Counted from the stretch's first letter, positions 7,922-19,017 are shown. The stretch is DNA of 64,000 nt from Candidatus Latescibacterota bacterium (GCA_965217585.1 OZ244561.1:416001-480000); one strand, 5' to 3'. Numbers and translations are program-made. The notes: generated by a model from the sequence alone, not told the origin.

Positions 7922-9604
7922 TTAAACGGAGGGTGTTTCTGCGGGAAGTTCGATTTGGGGAAGCATCTCTGCGAAGATCTGCACCTGATCGGCGTATTCT
8001 TCCCTGAACTGGTCCACCAATTGATTGAAGCGTTGTTCTGTCTCGACAAGGCGCATAATGGCCCTTATGCGCTCGTGCTCGTATTCGAGGGAGCGCATAA
8101 GGCCACCCGTCCGGTCGTTGACGCGAAAAATGGAATAGCCGCCCTTCACGGCTACTGGACCGACCAGCTCGCCCAACTCTGCCTCCATCGCGGAGCGCAT
8201 CAACTGCTCGCCGTACAGGCTCTTCTCGTACGAGTGGAGGTGCACCTTGCCCTTGCTTGCGGACGCGCCGTAGCGCGCGCTCAGATGGGCTAAATCAGCT
8301 ATAGTTTCCCCTTGGTCCAGACGCTGGCGCAGCTCCTTGGCCCGGTCGAAATCGTCCACCAAGATTTCCTCGATGTATATCTCCACTGGGGTGCGGAAGT
8401 GTTCGCGGTGGTCTTCGTAGTACTGAGCGATTGCCTCGTCCTCGATGACTACCCGATCACTGATCTCGACCTGACGCAGGGCCATAATGAGCAATTGCTC
8501 GGCCTTGCGCTGTTTCCACAAGCGCATCTCCTCGGAATCCAAGTAGCCGGCCGACTTGGCCGCTTCCCAGACCATGGCCTTGGGGATGGGCAGCTTCCAG
8601 GCCGCGCGAATCACTTGGACACTGTCGCCTAGGGCGGGTTGTTCCTCGGCTTGGCGGAATGAATCGATGTAATCGCCCACGGTTATTTGGCCGCCACTGT
8701 ACACAAAGAGCTGCGTGCTGGCTTCTGCTGGAGAGAGGTGGGGATAAGTTCCGGCCTCGGCATCCTTGGCGACTAGCACGGCGAGTCCGGCGGATACAGG
8801 ACGCAGGTCGCGGGTGGTTGCCTGCTCCTCGAGCAGAGCGCGGTGTTGGGCGACAAATTCTTCCTTCCACATACTCTTGTAGAGTTCCTCGCGGTACTTG
8901 GCAAATTCTGCTTCTCGCTCATCCGCACAATAAATCAACTCGAAGCCGCCATCCACGGGCACAACCTCGGAAACAGCACCCGGACTCAATGCGACAAAGA
9001 CTTGCGGTGCAATGCCGGCCTGTACTGCGCTCACGCGATTGAGATACCCCAAGTGCCCTCCTCTGGGCGGGACTCTCCCGTCGCGGGAGTAGGCCTTGGC
9101 CAAGGAGTCAAGCGCAACGCCCTGCGCTATTTGCCGGCGAATTTCCCGGGCTTCCTCTAAACTATCTACCACCAGTCGGCTCAGGGACTTTTCGCGCTGG
9201 TACTGTCCTTGGTCAAAGCGCTGCCGCATTTTCTCGTCGGTGATCTCGATACGGGCGTACACGGTCCTAGCTTGATAGGTATTGATCACTTTTTCGCGAA
9301 ACCTTGCGGCGAGCTGCTCATCAAACATCTGGGTCTTGTCCAGCCCGCGGGCCCGTGCGGCGAGGACTAGCAGTTTCTGGTCTATGAGCGACTGCAAGTA
9401 ATCGCGGCGGGCGGCATCACCACTTTCCTTGGAGCGCAAACCAGGCCCCAGCGAAGCGATCAGCCTTTCCACATCCTTCTTGTAAATGGGCTCGTCGCCT
9501 ACCTGGGCGACGACGAGATTGACGGGAGCTTGCTCTTGTGCAGCACACCCGAGCAGCACCCAGCCCCAGCCCAAGTACAAACTTGAGATCATCTTGCTCC
9601 ACAT
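7922..9604 (-). CDS. PpiC/SurA-type peptidyl-prolyl isomerase/foldase with two parvulin-like domains
   Basis: VVAQVGDEPI N-terminus, LAKAYS..GGHLGY, GELVGPV..GGYSIFRV; LLGC lipobox. Confidence 0.75.
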   Translation of the reverse strand: MWSKMISSLYLGWGWVLLGCAAQEQAPVNLVVAQVGDEPIYKKDVERLIASLGPGLRSKESGDAARRDYLQSLIDQKLLVLAARARGLDKTQMFDEQLAARFREKVINTYQARTVYARIEITDEKMRQRFDQGQYQREKSLSRLVVDSLEEAREIRRQIAQGVALDSLAKAYSRDGRVPPRGGHLGYLNRVSAVQAGIAPQVFVALSPGAVSEVVPVDGGFELIYCADEREAEFAKYREELYKSMWKEEFVAQHRALLEEQATTRDLRPVSAGLAVLVAKDAEAGTYPHLSPAEASTQLFVYSGGQITVGDYIDSFRQAEEQPALGDSVQVIRAAWKLPIPKAMVWEAAKSAGYLDSEEMRLWKQRKAEQLLIMALRQVEISDRVVIEDEAIAQYYEDHREHFRTPVEIYIEEILVDDFDRAKELRQRLDQGETIADLAHLSARYGASASKGKVHLHSYEKSLYGEQLMRSAMEAELGELVGPVAVKGGYSIFRVNDRTGGLMRSLEYEHERIRAIMRLVETEQRFNQLVDQFREEYADQVQIFAEMLPQIELPAETPSV

Positions 9605-9719
9605 AAACCCTCTAAGATGCAGTAAAAATTGTCATGGCTCTAAACCGCAGATTCTGTATTATACCGGCTGTTTGCGCGAGAAAATACCCTTTCCTCTTAT
9701 AAAGAGCAACCAGACTGGC

Positions 9720-11609
9720 TCACTGCACTACCGGGATAAGTCCGCTGCGCTCTTCCCGTCCCCCATCCGCGTCCACCTGCACCCGATACAGGTAGAGCCC
9801 CGGCAACACGGATCGGCCATCGTCCCCCAGACCGTCCCACACCCGTCCATACTGCCCGCTGCTGTCCTCGCCCTGGTACACCCGGCGCACCCGGCGACCC
9901 GCCAGATTGAATATATCCACCTTCACCTCTCCGGCACCTGCCAGTTTCAGCATAGTGTACTCAATGCGCACTTGGTCGTTGGTCCCATCTCCATTGGGCG
10001 TGAAAATCCGCGGATGCACCGCCACCTCGCTCACGAGCTTATCCCCCAGCTCAATGCCCACGAACCGCTGGTTGCTGTCCAGTCGGAAGGTCGCATCTCC
10101 GTCCTCGACGAACTGACCCACCTCCAGCGGCCGTTCGCGGTCGAATACCTGCCCCGAAAACACCGTGCCGAAATGGTATACCCGCCCCCGAAAAAATACC
10201 TCCACCAGTCTGCCGCTCTTGAGCCGGTCCATCCGTGGCACACCCAGCACCATTCGCTGGTCTGCCAGAGGTTCCAGCAATGCCCACTCGTCATCGGCCA
10301 ACCGCTCCTCATTGATTCGGACCGAGTCCACCCCGGTAAACTGTCCGGTCGTCTCCAGCACGATCCGGTCAAATCCGCTTTCGCCCCCAAAAAAAGTCGG
10401 CAGCATGGCATAGACGAAGGGGGTCTCCTGACCCGGCATCACTTCGGCGGGCCAAATCTCGCCGACCACCTGCCCGACCACCGGCGGCGAGGTAATGTAA
10501 AACTCGATAAAGTCCACCCCGGCACCATCCAGACCGCTGGGCACAAAGTCCAACTGCAACTGGAAGAACTGCCGCGGACTCGGGGAGGTGATGGGGGTGC
10601 CCAGACTGTCGCCTAAGTCGTAGGGTCCCGACCAGCTACTCCAGTGGTCTAGGTCCGTGGTGATGCCGCCTTTGCCACCCTGGAGGTTGTTGTAGTCGGT
10701 CAGCGTCAGGGGCTGCCCGTCGTCGTTGCGGAAGCTCCTTTCCTCGCCGCGGCCGGTGAAGCGCCAGTAGCGATTGGGATCTTCGTCGCTGCCTGTGCGG
10801 GTGCGGATCCGCAACTTGGCATCCCGGTCCTTAAAGCCGGAAAAGCGGAGCTCGCCTAGGGCGGACGCGGATTCCAGTTCAAAGACCCTGGACCGGTACA
10901 GCGCCGTCAGCACATAACCGTGGCCGTATACTTCGAACTCGGCTATTTCCCAGGGCTGGATTAGCGAGGCAAATGCGGGATGCGGGTTGTCGGAAAAACT
11001 CAACCGGAAGCGCTGGATATACTGGGTCGATAAGGATATATCGACGATCTGCTCCCGATTTTCTCTGATTGACCTGACCAGTTTCCAGTTGTCTCCTTGG
11101 TACACCCGCAGGTCAAAGCGTTCTATGAAGAGGGAAGACTGAGGGGTGGGGTAGAAGCGGACCCGATTTACGGGAAAGTACACACCCAGGTCCATGACGA
11201 ACAGGGTGAACATGTGATGATGGGCCAGATCCTCGCTGCTCAGGGCGGTCGTCGGATCGCCATCGACCGTCAAGTCGACAAAATCCGCCTTGGCCTCTCC
11301 TTGGTGTCTTACGCCGAAGGGGCCACCGCCTCTGTTCGCGGCGGCGAGCGCCAAGTTTTCATCCGGCGTGATGAATTTAGGCCGCAGTTTGCCTGTCTTT
11401 ACTTCTAGGCCCTCCATTTGGCCGCCTGGACCCCGGGCAAACTCCTCCCAGCTCAAAGGGACGACCACCACCTCGTCGCTTTCTGCTTCCTCGGAGTGGG
11501 ATAGGGCGTCGCCGCCAATCCGATAAATGGTGAGACTCCAGGCAAAGCTCCAACTCAGGACATTCGCTGCTAGTACAGCCGGGAAGATCGACCGCCTGAA
11601 AAGCCTCAT
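9720..11609 (-). CDS. Secreted discoidin-like + FlgD-Ig C-terminal domain protein (paralog 1 of 7)
   Basis: Signal peptide; DGDPTT, FPVNRVRFYP, WEIAEFEVYG; C-terminal IFTPNGDGTND...IFNLAGRRVR...WDG...PGLYLY. Confidence 0.8.
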   Translation of the reverse strand: MRLFRRSIFPAVLAANVLSWSFAWSLTIYRIGGDALSHSEEAESDEVVVVPLSWEEFARGPGGQMEGLEVKTGKLRPKFITPDENLALAAANRGGGPFGVRHQGEAKADFVDLTVDGDPTTALSSEDLAHHHMFTLFVMDLGVYFPVNRVRFYPTPQSSLFIERFDLRVYQGDNWKLVRSIRENREQIVDISLSTQYIQRFRLSFSDNPHPAFASLIQPWEIAEFEVYGHGYVLTALYRSRVFELESASALGELRFSGFKDRDAKLRIRTRTGSDEDPNRYWRFTGRGEERSFRNDDGQPLTLTDYNNLQGGKGGITTDLDHWSSWSGPYDLGDSLGTPITSPSPRQFFQLQLDFVPSGLDGAGVDFIEFYITSPPVVGQVVGEIWPAEVMPGQETPFVYAMLPTFFGGESGFDRIVLETTGQFTGVDSVRINEERLADDEWALLEPLADQRMVLGVPRMDRLKSGRLVEVFFRGRVYHFGTVFSGQVFDRERPLEVGQFVEDGDATFRLDSNQRFVGIELGDKLVSEVAVHPRIFTPNGDGTNDQVRIEYTMLKLAGAGEVKVDIFNLAGRRVRRVYQGEDSSGQYGRVWDGLGDDGRSVLPGLYLYRVQVDADGGREERSGLIPVVQ

Positions 11610-11846
11610 CTGGGACAGTACTCCCGTTCAACTCAGCCCTAGGTACAGGTTTGAGCGCGTCTATCCTCTAAGCCGTAGGAAAAAGTTTGTCAGGAGGCGA
11701 AAATCGTTGTAAAATGCAGAGTTATGTTACAATCGGGTGGGGCGGCTTGGTCGGGAATGTAATCATCTCCTGTGCAAAGGGCAAAAAACCAGCCGGTCTG
11801 TGGTTCCATACCAAGGTTTTGCAACAAATGGGGAAAGCAGACAACA

Positions 11847-13739
11847 ATGATGCGCGCTCTTTTGCTCCTGTTGCTGCTTCCAGGTCTTGCTGGGAGCTTG
11901 ACCATATATCGGATCGGTGGTGAAGATCTGCCGCTGCCTGACGCCGCCGAACTCGAAGATGTAGCGCTTGTCCGCCTGAGCTGGGCAGACTTTGCCCAGG
12001 GCTTCGGAGGAGGAATGGACAACCTAGACACCACCGACGGCCGGATCGCGCCTTTGCTAGTCTCGCCGCAGGACAACCTGTCCCTCAAAGCCCTTGAACG
12101 AGGGGGCGGTGCCTTTTTCACTAAAACGGACTATGTGGAGATTAGACAAGATTTCATCGACTGGTCAATTGACGGCGATCCTGCAACCGGCGTCGTGGCT
12201 GCCGCCTTGAGCAGTCTCCGCCTCGACGCGCAGTACATCGTGCGCTTGGGGGGACGCTTTCCGGTGAACCGGGTGCGCTTCTATCCTGTGATACCGGAAG
12301 GGATTATGAAAACCTTTCAGCTCTTGGCCTACTCGCCCGATCCGACCCATCCTTCGGGATATGCATGGGAAACCGTTGCCCTTGTGGAACCGAGGCAGGA
12401 AAACATCTGGCCGATGGTCGAGATTGAGTTCCCGACCCGGGTCGTCGAATGGTTCCGCATGAGGATAGACAACTGGCGGTCTGGACAGGGATATGTCCCC
12501 AGCCACCCGTGGGAGATCGCCGAATTCGAAGTCTACGGAGAGGGCTACGTCCCGGAGGCGAACTACACGTCACAGGTATTCGACCTGCAAGCGCCGGGCA
12601 GTTTGGCGCGGATCCGCTGGTCCGGATTTCGCCAAGGCAGAGCTCGGGTTACCCTCCGCACTCGCAGTGGCAGCGACGAAGATCCCAACCGCTACTGGCG
12701 CTTCACCGGCCGCGGCGAGGAAAAGAGCTTCCGCAACGACGACGGGCAGCCCCTGACGCTGGCCGGCTACAACAACCTCCAGGGCGGCAAGGGCGGCATC
12801 ACCACGGACCTGGACCACTGGAGCAACTGGTTCGGGTTCGCGCTCGAGAAGGGTGCGGGCACCGTCCTTTCTCTGCCTCCACTCGGCCAGTTCCTGCAGC
12901 TAGATGTGAACTTCGTGCCCTCGGGTCTGGATGGGGCCGCAGTGGACTTTATAGAGTTCTGGGTGTCGCAGCCGCAGGCGGCCGGCCGCCCTGTGGCGGA
13001 GATCTGGCCGCTACAGGTGAAGCCTGGCGAGGTGGCCTCGTTTGTCTATGCGATGCGGTCAACCCTAGGCCCGCTGGAAAGCGGCTTCGACCGCCTAGTC
13101 TTGCGCACACCAGGTGAGTTTGTCGAAATCGACTCGGTGCACATCGGAGATCTGAGAGCCCGGACAGAGGTCGTGGTGGAAACCCATCGCGCCGTGATCG
13201 ATCTACCCCGCCTGCAGGGTCAGGTGGACAGCAACAGGCCCGTGGAGGTATTCTTCAAGGCCCGAGTATTCCGCATGGGCACCGAATTCACCGGCGAGTT
13301 ATTCGATTCAGACCGTCCTCTAGAGCTGGAGTTGGGACTAGGACAGCCCGTTGAGGAGGGAGATGCCACCTTTCGGCTGGATGGCAACCAGGTTTCAGTC
13401 GATATCGCCCTTCGAGGTGATGTGCTCCATTCGGTTGGGGTGCGTCCCACAGCCCTTACTCCCAATGGAGACGGGGTCAACGATGTGGCGCACATCGAGT
13501 ATACCTTGCTAAAACTGGCAGGGGCCGGAGACGTGAAGGTAGATATATTCGATCTGGCGGGTCGCCGGGTGCGCGCGCTGTTCCGGGGTCGGGATAGCAG
13601 TGGACAGTATGCGCAACCGTGGGACGGTCTGCGGGACGACGGCCAGATGGTGGTACCGGGGATGTATTTCTATCGGGTGCGGGTGGACACCGACGCAGAC
13701 GCCGAGCAACGCAGCGGCCTAATCTCTGTTGCGTGGTGA
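11847..13739 (+). CDS. Secreted discoidin-like + FlgD-Ig C-terminal domain protein (paralog 2 of 7)
   Basis: Start moved to MMRALLLLLLLPG (signal peptide); same motif series as 9720..11609. Confidence 0.8.
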   Translation: MMRALLLLLLLPGLAGSLTIYRIGGEDLPLPDAAELEDVALVRLSWADFAQGFGGGMDNLDTTDGRIAPLLVSPQDNLSLKALERGGGAFFTKTDYVEIRQDFIDWSIDGDPATGVVAAALSSLRLDAQYIVRLGGRFPVNRVRFYPVIPEGIMKTFQLLAYSPDPTHPSGYAWETVALVEPRQENIWPMVEIEFPTRVVEWFRMRIDNWRSGQGYVPSHPWEIAEFEVYGEGYVPEANYTSQVFDLQAPGSLARIRWSGFRQGRARVTLRTRSGSDEDPNRYWRFTGRGEEKSFRNDDGQPLTLAGYNNLQGGKGGITTDLDHWSNWFGFALEKGAGTVLSLPPLGQFLQLDVNFVPSGLDGAAVDFIEFWVSQPQAAGRPVAEIWPLQVKPGEVASFVYAMRSTLGPLESGFDRLVLRTPGEFVEIDSVHIGDLRARTEVVVETHRAVIDLPRLQGQVDSNRPVEVFFKARVFRMGTEFTGELFDSDRPLELELGLGQPVEEGDATFRLDGNQVSVDIALRGDVLHSVGVRPTALTPNGDGVNDVAHIEYTLLKLAGAGDVKVDIFDLAGRRVRALFRGRDSSGQYAQPWDGLRDDGQMVVPGMYFYRVRVDTDADAEQRSGLISVAW

Positions 13740-13873
13740 TGCGACAGGTACTGTGACGGACTCCCCGCAGTTCCAAGTTTCTTCGCAGGCAAGTAAAAGA
13801 GGGTCCAGCGTGAATTCTCGAACATTCGTCTACTTTGTCGCCTCCAGCCGACATTCTCCACGAAAGGTTTCTC

Positions 13874-15460
13874 ATGACGACCAATCCCACCCGCAATCTA
13901 TCCATCCTCGGCGATGCCGGGCACTTCATCAGCACCTTTCGCGCGATCTATCTCAACAACCCCGACGGCCGCGCCTTCGCCTTCACCGCGCACCGCTACA
14001 TGTGGCCCACCCGCTGGGAAGGCGATGGCCAAGTGAGCCTCTTCGGCCCCGAAGGCAAGGAAGTGGCCCGCGGCCAGATCGCGGGCGAAGAGGAGAGCGT
14101 GACCGTACAGATCCCGGCCGGCCCAAAAGGAGTGTATGCCGTCCGCATTGAGGGCCTGGGCTATCACCTGATGTGGTTCGAGTGTACCCTAGAGCAGATG
14201 GTGATCGACTGCGGCGACTGGGAGCAGCGAAAAGGGCGTCAGGAGACCTTCGACATGCACACCGTCACGGTGCCACGGCGCTGGTACTTTTTCGTGCCGG
14301 AGGGAGTGAACGAATTCCAGATCGGCAGCCGGCACGGGGGAGCCCACCGCCAGGACTCGGGCTTGGTGGTCTTTACCCCCCGAGGCCAGCCGGTGGCCGC
14401 CCATTTCGGCAGCCGGCCGCGGCCGTGGGGGGCGTCCTTTACCGAGCGCTTCAACATGACGCCGGCCTGGGATATCGTCAACCAAGAACCGGAAATGCAC
14501 GTCATGCACATCGAGACCGATCCGGGCAGCACCGGCCGCTTCTGGTCCATCTGGCTGTGCGGCGGCGACGGCCACTGCTATAGCCCGATGCAGGTCTTGC
14601 TCAATGGAGTGCCCACCTACTTATCTTCTATGCCCGAACAGTGGTTCAACCCGCAGACCGGCCGGTCGGCCCCGGTGGTGCAATACGACTTTCACGTCGG
14701 GCCCTCGCAGCGCACCAGCGAGACCTTCTGCGCGCCCAGTCCGCTCTTGGGCGATACCGATACCGGCATGCGCGGGGCGCACGCGGTTTACTTACACAAC
14801 CCGGAAAACCGCCCCTTCGACTTTTGCGCCACGGGCTACATTATCCCGGAGGACCAGTACATCCCCGTGCAGTTCCGGGCCAGCGGGCCCCAAGGCCAGG
14901 CACTAGGCCAAGCCGAGGGCTCGTTCACCCACAAATCCCCACCAGAGCCAGCGCTGATCAGCGTACCTGCCGCGGGCGCGGGCGTGTACAAGGTGGAGGT
15001 AGACGCCGCCCGTTGGTACGGCTGGAGCGAACCGACCATGGGGATGGTACTGGCGGGCAATCCCACTGCCGACGGAGGGGCGCGGTTCTCGCTGATGCTG
15101 GCCCTGGGACGGCACTGGTTCTTCGGCGTGCCCAAGGGCACCAGGGAATTCCGGGTGCGGGTCGACCTGGCCGATCCCAACCACGTGTTGCACGTCGAGG
15201 TGCACGGACCGGACCGGATCGCGCAGGTCTTGTACGCGCACGGGGGCACGCCGCGGGAAGCCGTGGTGCCAGTGCCGGCGGGGCTGGATGGCAAGGTGTG
15301 GTTTTTGAAGCTGTCGGTGGGCAGCGCCACCCGCCTGCTCGGGCAGGGGGCGCACAACCGGCGCACCGTGCAGGTGGATCCCGATATAGAGTTGCACGGG
15401 GTGCCCGGGTACATCGCCCCCACCTGGGAGCAGTGGTTCAATCCGGATGAGGTGGGCTAA
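13874..15460 (+). CDS. Hypothetical beta-rich protein made of two internally repeated halves
   Basis: RRWYFFVPEGVNEF...GVPTYLSSMPEQWFNP and RHWFFGVPKGTREF...GVPGYIAPTWEQWFNP; AAAGG before ATG 13874. Confidence 0.7.
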   Translation: MTTNPTRNLSILGDAGHFISTFRAIYLNNPDGRAFAFTAHRYMWPTRWEGDGQVSLFGPEGKEVARGQIAGEEESVTVQIPAGPKGVYAVRIEGLGYHLMWFECTLEQMVIDCGDWEQRKGRQETFDMHTVTVPRRWYFFVPEGVNEFQIGSRHGGAHRQDSGLVVFTPRGQPVAAHFGSRPRPWGASFTERFNMTPAWDIVNQEPEMHVMHIETDPGSTGRFWSIWLCGGDGHCYSPMQVLLNGVPTYLSSMPEQWFNPQTGRSAPVVQYDFHVGPSQRTSETFCAPSPLLGDTDTGMRGAHAVYLHNPENRPFDFCATGYIIPEDQYIPVQFRASGPQGQALGQAEGSFTHKSPPEPALISVPAAGAGVYKVEVDAARWYGWSEPTMGMVLAGNPTADGGARFSLMLALGRHWFFGVPKGTREFRVRVDLADPNHVLHVEVHGPDRIAQVLYAHGGTPREAVVPVPAGLDGKVWFLKLSVGSATRLLGQGAHNRRTVQVDPDIELHGVPGYIAPTWEQWFNPDEVG

Positions 15461-15493
15461 TGTGGTCTTCTGGATCGCGGGAGCACTCGCTGT

Positions 15494-17397
15494 ATGCGTA
15501 GCTTCACAGTGACTTTCTTTTTGGTTGCGCTGGCCGCGAATCTGCTGGTTCCGGACTCGGGTGGGGGCCTGACCATCTATCGGATCGGTGGCTCCGATAT
15601 GGACCCGCCCCCGGAAGCGGGCATGGAGGGGGTGGAATTCGTGCCGCTGAGTTGGGAGGGAGCCGCCCAGGGCTTCGACGGGCAGGTGCAAGGGCTGACG
15701 ACAGAGGGGGAGCAAATCGAACCGTTGCTGATTACACCGGATGACAACGTGATGCTCGGCGCCCTGGCCAGGGGTGGGGGTGCCGTCGGCTTCACGATCT
15801 CAGGTGATGCCTATTTCAAGTTTGAACTGCTCGACGCCATGACTGACGGCGACCCAGCAACCACATTTAACCTGCGCGATGCCGGCAAAGGTCTGGAGCG
15901 ATACCCCCGCACCGCAAGCTCGAGGGTCCTCTTCGACCTGGGGACGCGCTTTCCGATAAACAGGGTGCGAATGTATCCGGACCCCCGGTTCCCGGAACGG
16001 TATGCCGAGGAATTCTCTGTGATGGCCGTGGTCGGGCCCTTGACGCCAAGGCTCTTTCCCGGCGAAGCTACCAAAGTGCTCAGGTCGGAGACGGCCAATC
16101 GGAACCAGGTCGTCGATTTCACCTTCCCTCGCCGCAACCTCGCCCAGCTTCTGTTGCACGTGCGCTCGCCGGGCTTTTGGGAGATCGCCGAGTTCGAAGT
16201 CTACGGCGACGGCTACGTGCCGGAAGCGACGTACCGCTCCGCGGTGCTGGATCTGGGGGGGGCTCGACCCTGGGGCCGCTGCGCTGGATCGGCTTCCGGG
16301 ACCGCGACGCCCGGGTCAAGATCAGCACCCGCAGTGGCCTGGACGAGGACCCCAACCGCTACTGGCGCTTCACCGGCCGTGGTGACGAGCGGACTTTCCT
16401 CGATGAGCAGGGCCAGCCCTTGACTCGCACGGCCTACGAGAGTCTGTCGTCCGGCCGGAGCGACATCACCCCCGACCTGGACCACTGGAGCGCCTGGTCG
16501 GGGGTCTACGATTTCGCCGACAGCGCCGCTACGGCTATGGTCTCGTCGAGCCCGCGGCGGTTCCTGCAGCTGCAAGTGGAGTTCGTGCCCAAGGGACTGC
16601 ACGGCGGCGGACTCGAGATGATGGAGTTCAGGGTATCGCAGCCGCCGGTGAGTGGCCCAGTGGTGGGAGAGATCTGGCCAGTGGAAGTGGAGCCGGCCGC
16701 GGTGACATCGTTCGTCTATGCCTTGCGGCCGGAGCTGGGGCCGGAGACGACCGGGTTCGACCAGCTGGTGCTGGAGACCTCGGGGAAGTTCACCGGCCTG
16801 GACTCGGTGTGGATCAACCAGGAACGCGCCGACATTGATTTGCTAAGCGTGCAAGACCAGCATCTGGTAGTGGGACTGCCGCGGATGGGACCGACCGACA
16901 ACCGCAAGCTGGTGGAGGTATTTTTCCGGGCGCAGGTCTACTACTTCGGCACCATGTTCCAGGGGCAGGTGTTCGACTCGGAACGGCCGCTTGAAGTGGG
17001 GCAGTTGGTGGAGGCGGAGGACGCGACCTTCCGGCTGGACAGCACGCAGCTGTGGGTAGGCATCCAGCTTGGAGGTGGACTGCTGCGCCAAGTGGGGGTT
17101 CACCCGCCGGTGGTCACCCCCAATGGGGATGGCATCAACGACCAAGTACACATCGAGTACACCGTGCTGAAACTGACGGAGGCCGGCGCGGTGGAGGTGG
17201 CCATACTCGATCTGTCGGGCCGCCGGGTGCGGCAGGTCTACCAGGGCCGGGACCGCAGCGGGCGTCATGGCCGGGCATGGGACGGCCGGGGCGAGGACGA
17301 GCGCGTGGTGGCGCCGGGCTTCTACATGTATCAGGTGCAATTGGACGCGGACGAGGGGCGGGAAGAGCGCAATGGGCTCATCTCGGTGGTGTATTAG
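15494..17397 (+). pseudogene. Discoidin-like/FlgD-Ig paralog 3 of 7, frameshifted at a G8 tract (16255-16262)
   Basis: ORF 15494..16423 carries the N-terminal motifs and ORF 16177..17397 the C-terminal motifs; the frame switches at GATCTGGGGGGGGCTCG. Confidence 0.85.
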
Positions 17398-17565
17398 CCG
17401 CTTGAGGAAAATTCGGTTTGCATCATTTTATCCAACCTCAATTTTACCTAAATTAAAACTACGAAGTGATTGTACCACAAATAAAAAAGACCGCCCACTC
17501 GGGGAAGCCCTCTCAAACTTCCCGGTGCGCCCCGAACCCGAGCGGTGAAACGCGAGGAGGCGAAC

Positions 17566-19017
17566 ATGCGACGCCCGAGAACCATCTACTTCAACGATGC
17601 GCGCCACTACTACCTGTTCGTCTTTGAGCCACCCATGCGCTTGGAAGATGCCTGGAGGCCCATAGACGAAGTTGCCGGCACGGCCGTGGATACCTTCATC
17701 TACGGCGTGTCCCGGGGCGATGGCCTGTTCTATCCCTCGGACAAGGGACGGCGTTTCGGCACCGGCCTAAATTCCTTTGCCATGGCGGCGTACTGGCGGG
17801 TGTGGGAGAACATGCAGAGCCTGATCGACCGGGGACTGGATCCACTGCAAGTGCTGGTCGACCGGGCCCACGAGCAGGGCATGGATTTTTTCGCCAGTTT
17901 GCGCATGGGCGATTTCCCGGGACTGGACGGCAAGTACACCCTGTCCGGAGGCGGGCGGGGGTACGTCCACCGGGAAGTGCGCGAGCACCAGCTAGGCGTG
18001 CTGGAAGAGCTGGCCACCCAGTACCCGGTGGAGGGGGTGGAGCTGGACTTTGCCGCGGCCCCGGCCGGCACTTCTCACTGGCTCAAGCCCGAGGATGTGG
18101 AGGAGTACACCCCGCTGATGACCGAGTACGTCCGCCAGATTTCCCAGACCGTGCGGCAGCGGCCCGGGCAACCGGGCCAGCTCGGGGCGCGGATCTATCC
18201 CACCGAGGCCTTGAACCGCCGCACGGGCTTGGATGTGCGCACTTGGCTGGAGGAGGGCCTGGTCGACTATGTGGTGCCCCTGGTGTACGCCTATTTCGTC
18301 CTCGATTCCCAAATGCCCATCGACTGGCTGGTGCGGGCCGCCCACGCCCATGAGGTATCCGTGTACGCCATGTTGCAGCCTTATTACACCGAAGAAAACC
18401 GCAGATTTCACACCGTGTCCAATGCCACCCCGGCCATGATGCGGGCCGCTGCGGCGAATTTCCAGGCCAAGGAGGTCGATGGGCTCTACACCTGGTTCAT
18501 GGCCTGGCCCCTCGGAGAAGCCGAGCGCAACACCCTCACGGAACTGGGCCACCGCGATCTGACTGAGGAAGGCGACAAACACTACTTTCTCTGCCGCAAG
18601 CCCGAGTCCGAGCACGTGCTCGGGTACGAGGCCCTGCTGCCGATCCAGATCGACCGCGACGATTTGGGCAAAGCCTTCTCAATCCCCTTCTCCGTGGCCG
18701 ACGACCCCCAAAATCTCCAGGTCCAGAGCATGGTGCTCAGGCTCAATATCGCCGACCTGGTCGGGGCGGATCGCCTCGAGGTGGCGCTGAACGGCGAATC
18801 TCTCGCAGGGGAAGTGTGCCGGCGCTCGAGCGCCCGCCAGGTCGATCCGTACACCGGGCAATGGCTGGAATTCCACCTGGAAAAGGTGCGGCCAAGACGA
18901 GGAGACAACCTGCTGGAATTGACGCTGCTGGAGCGGCCGGCCAATCTGCACGGCGGGGTCGTGGTCGAGGATGTGGAGATCGTGGTCAAATACGGTACTT
19001 ATCCGGCGGGCCTGTGA
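17566..19017 (+). CDS. Glycoside-hydrolase-like (GHL10-type) TIM-barrel protein with a C-terminal beta domain
   Basis: IYFNDARH, DPLQVLVDRAHEQGMDFFASLRM, YPVEGVELDF; GAGGAGG RBS; homologous to 46359..47918. Confidence 0.65.
   Translation: MRRPRTIYFNDARHYYLFVFEPPMRLEDAWRPIDEVAGTAVDTFIYGVSRGDGLFYPSDKGRRFGTGLNSFAMAAYWRVWENMQSLIDRGLDPLQVLVDRAHEQGMDFFASLRMGDFPGLDGKYTLSGGGRGYVHREVREHQLGVLEELATQYPVEGVELDFAAAPAGTSHWLKPEDVEEYTPLMTEYVRQISQTVRQRPGQPGQLGARIYPTEALNRRTGLDVRTWLEEGLVDYVVPLVYAYFVLDSQMPIDWLVRAAHAHEVSVYAMLQPYYTEENRRFHTVSNATPAMMRAAAANFQAKEVDGLYTWFMAWPLGEAERNTLTELGHRDLTEEGDKHYFLCRKPESEHVLGYEALLPIQIDRDDLGKAFSIPFSVADDPQNLQVQSMVLRLNIADLVGADRLEVALNGESLAGEVCRRSSARQVDPYTGQWLEFHLEKVRPRRGDNLLELTLLERPANLHGGVVVEDVEIVVKYGTYPAGL

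Noticed and set aside
17398-17545. AT-rich intergenic stretch as a possible ncRNA or mobile remnant
   Set aside because: No convincing stem-loop, terminal repeats or second copy in the window; most likely a promoter region
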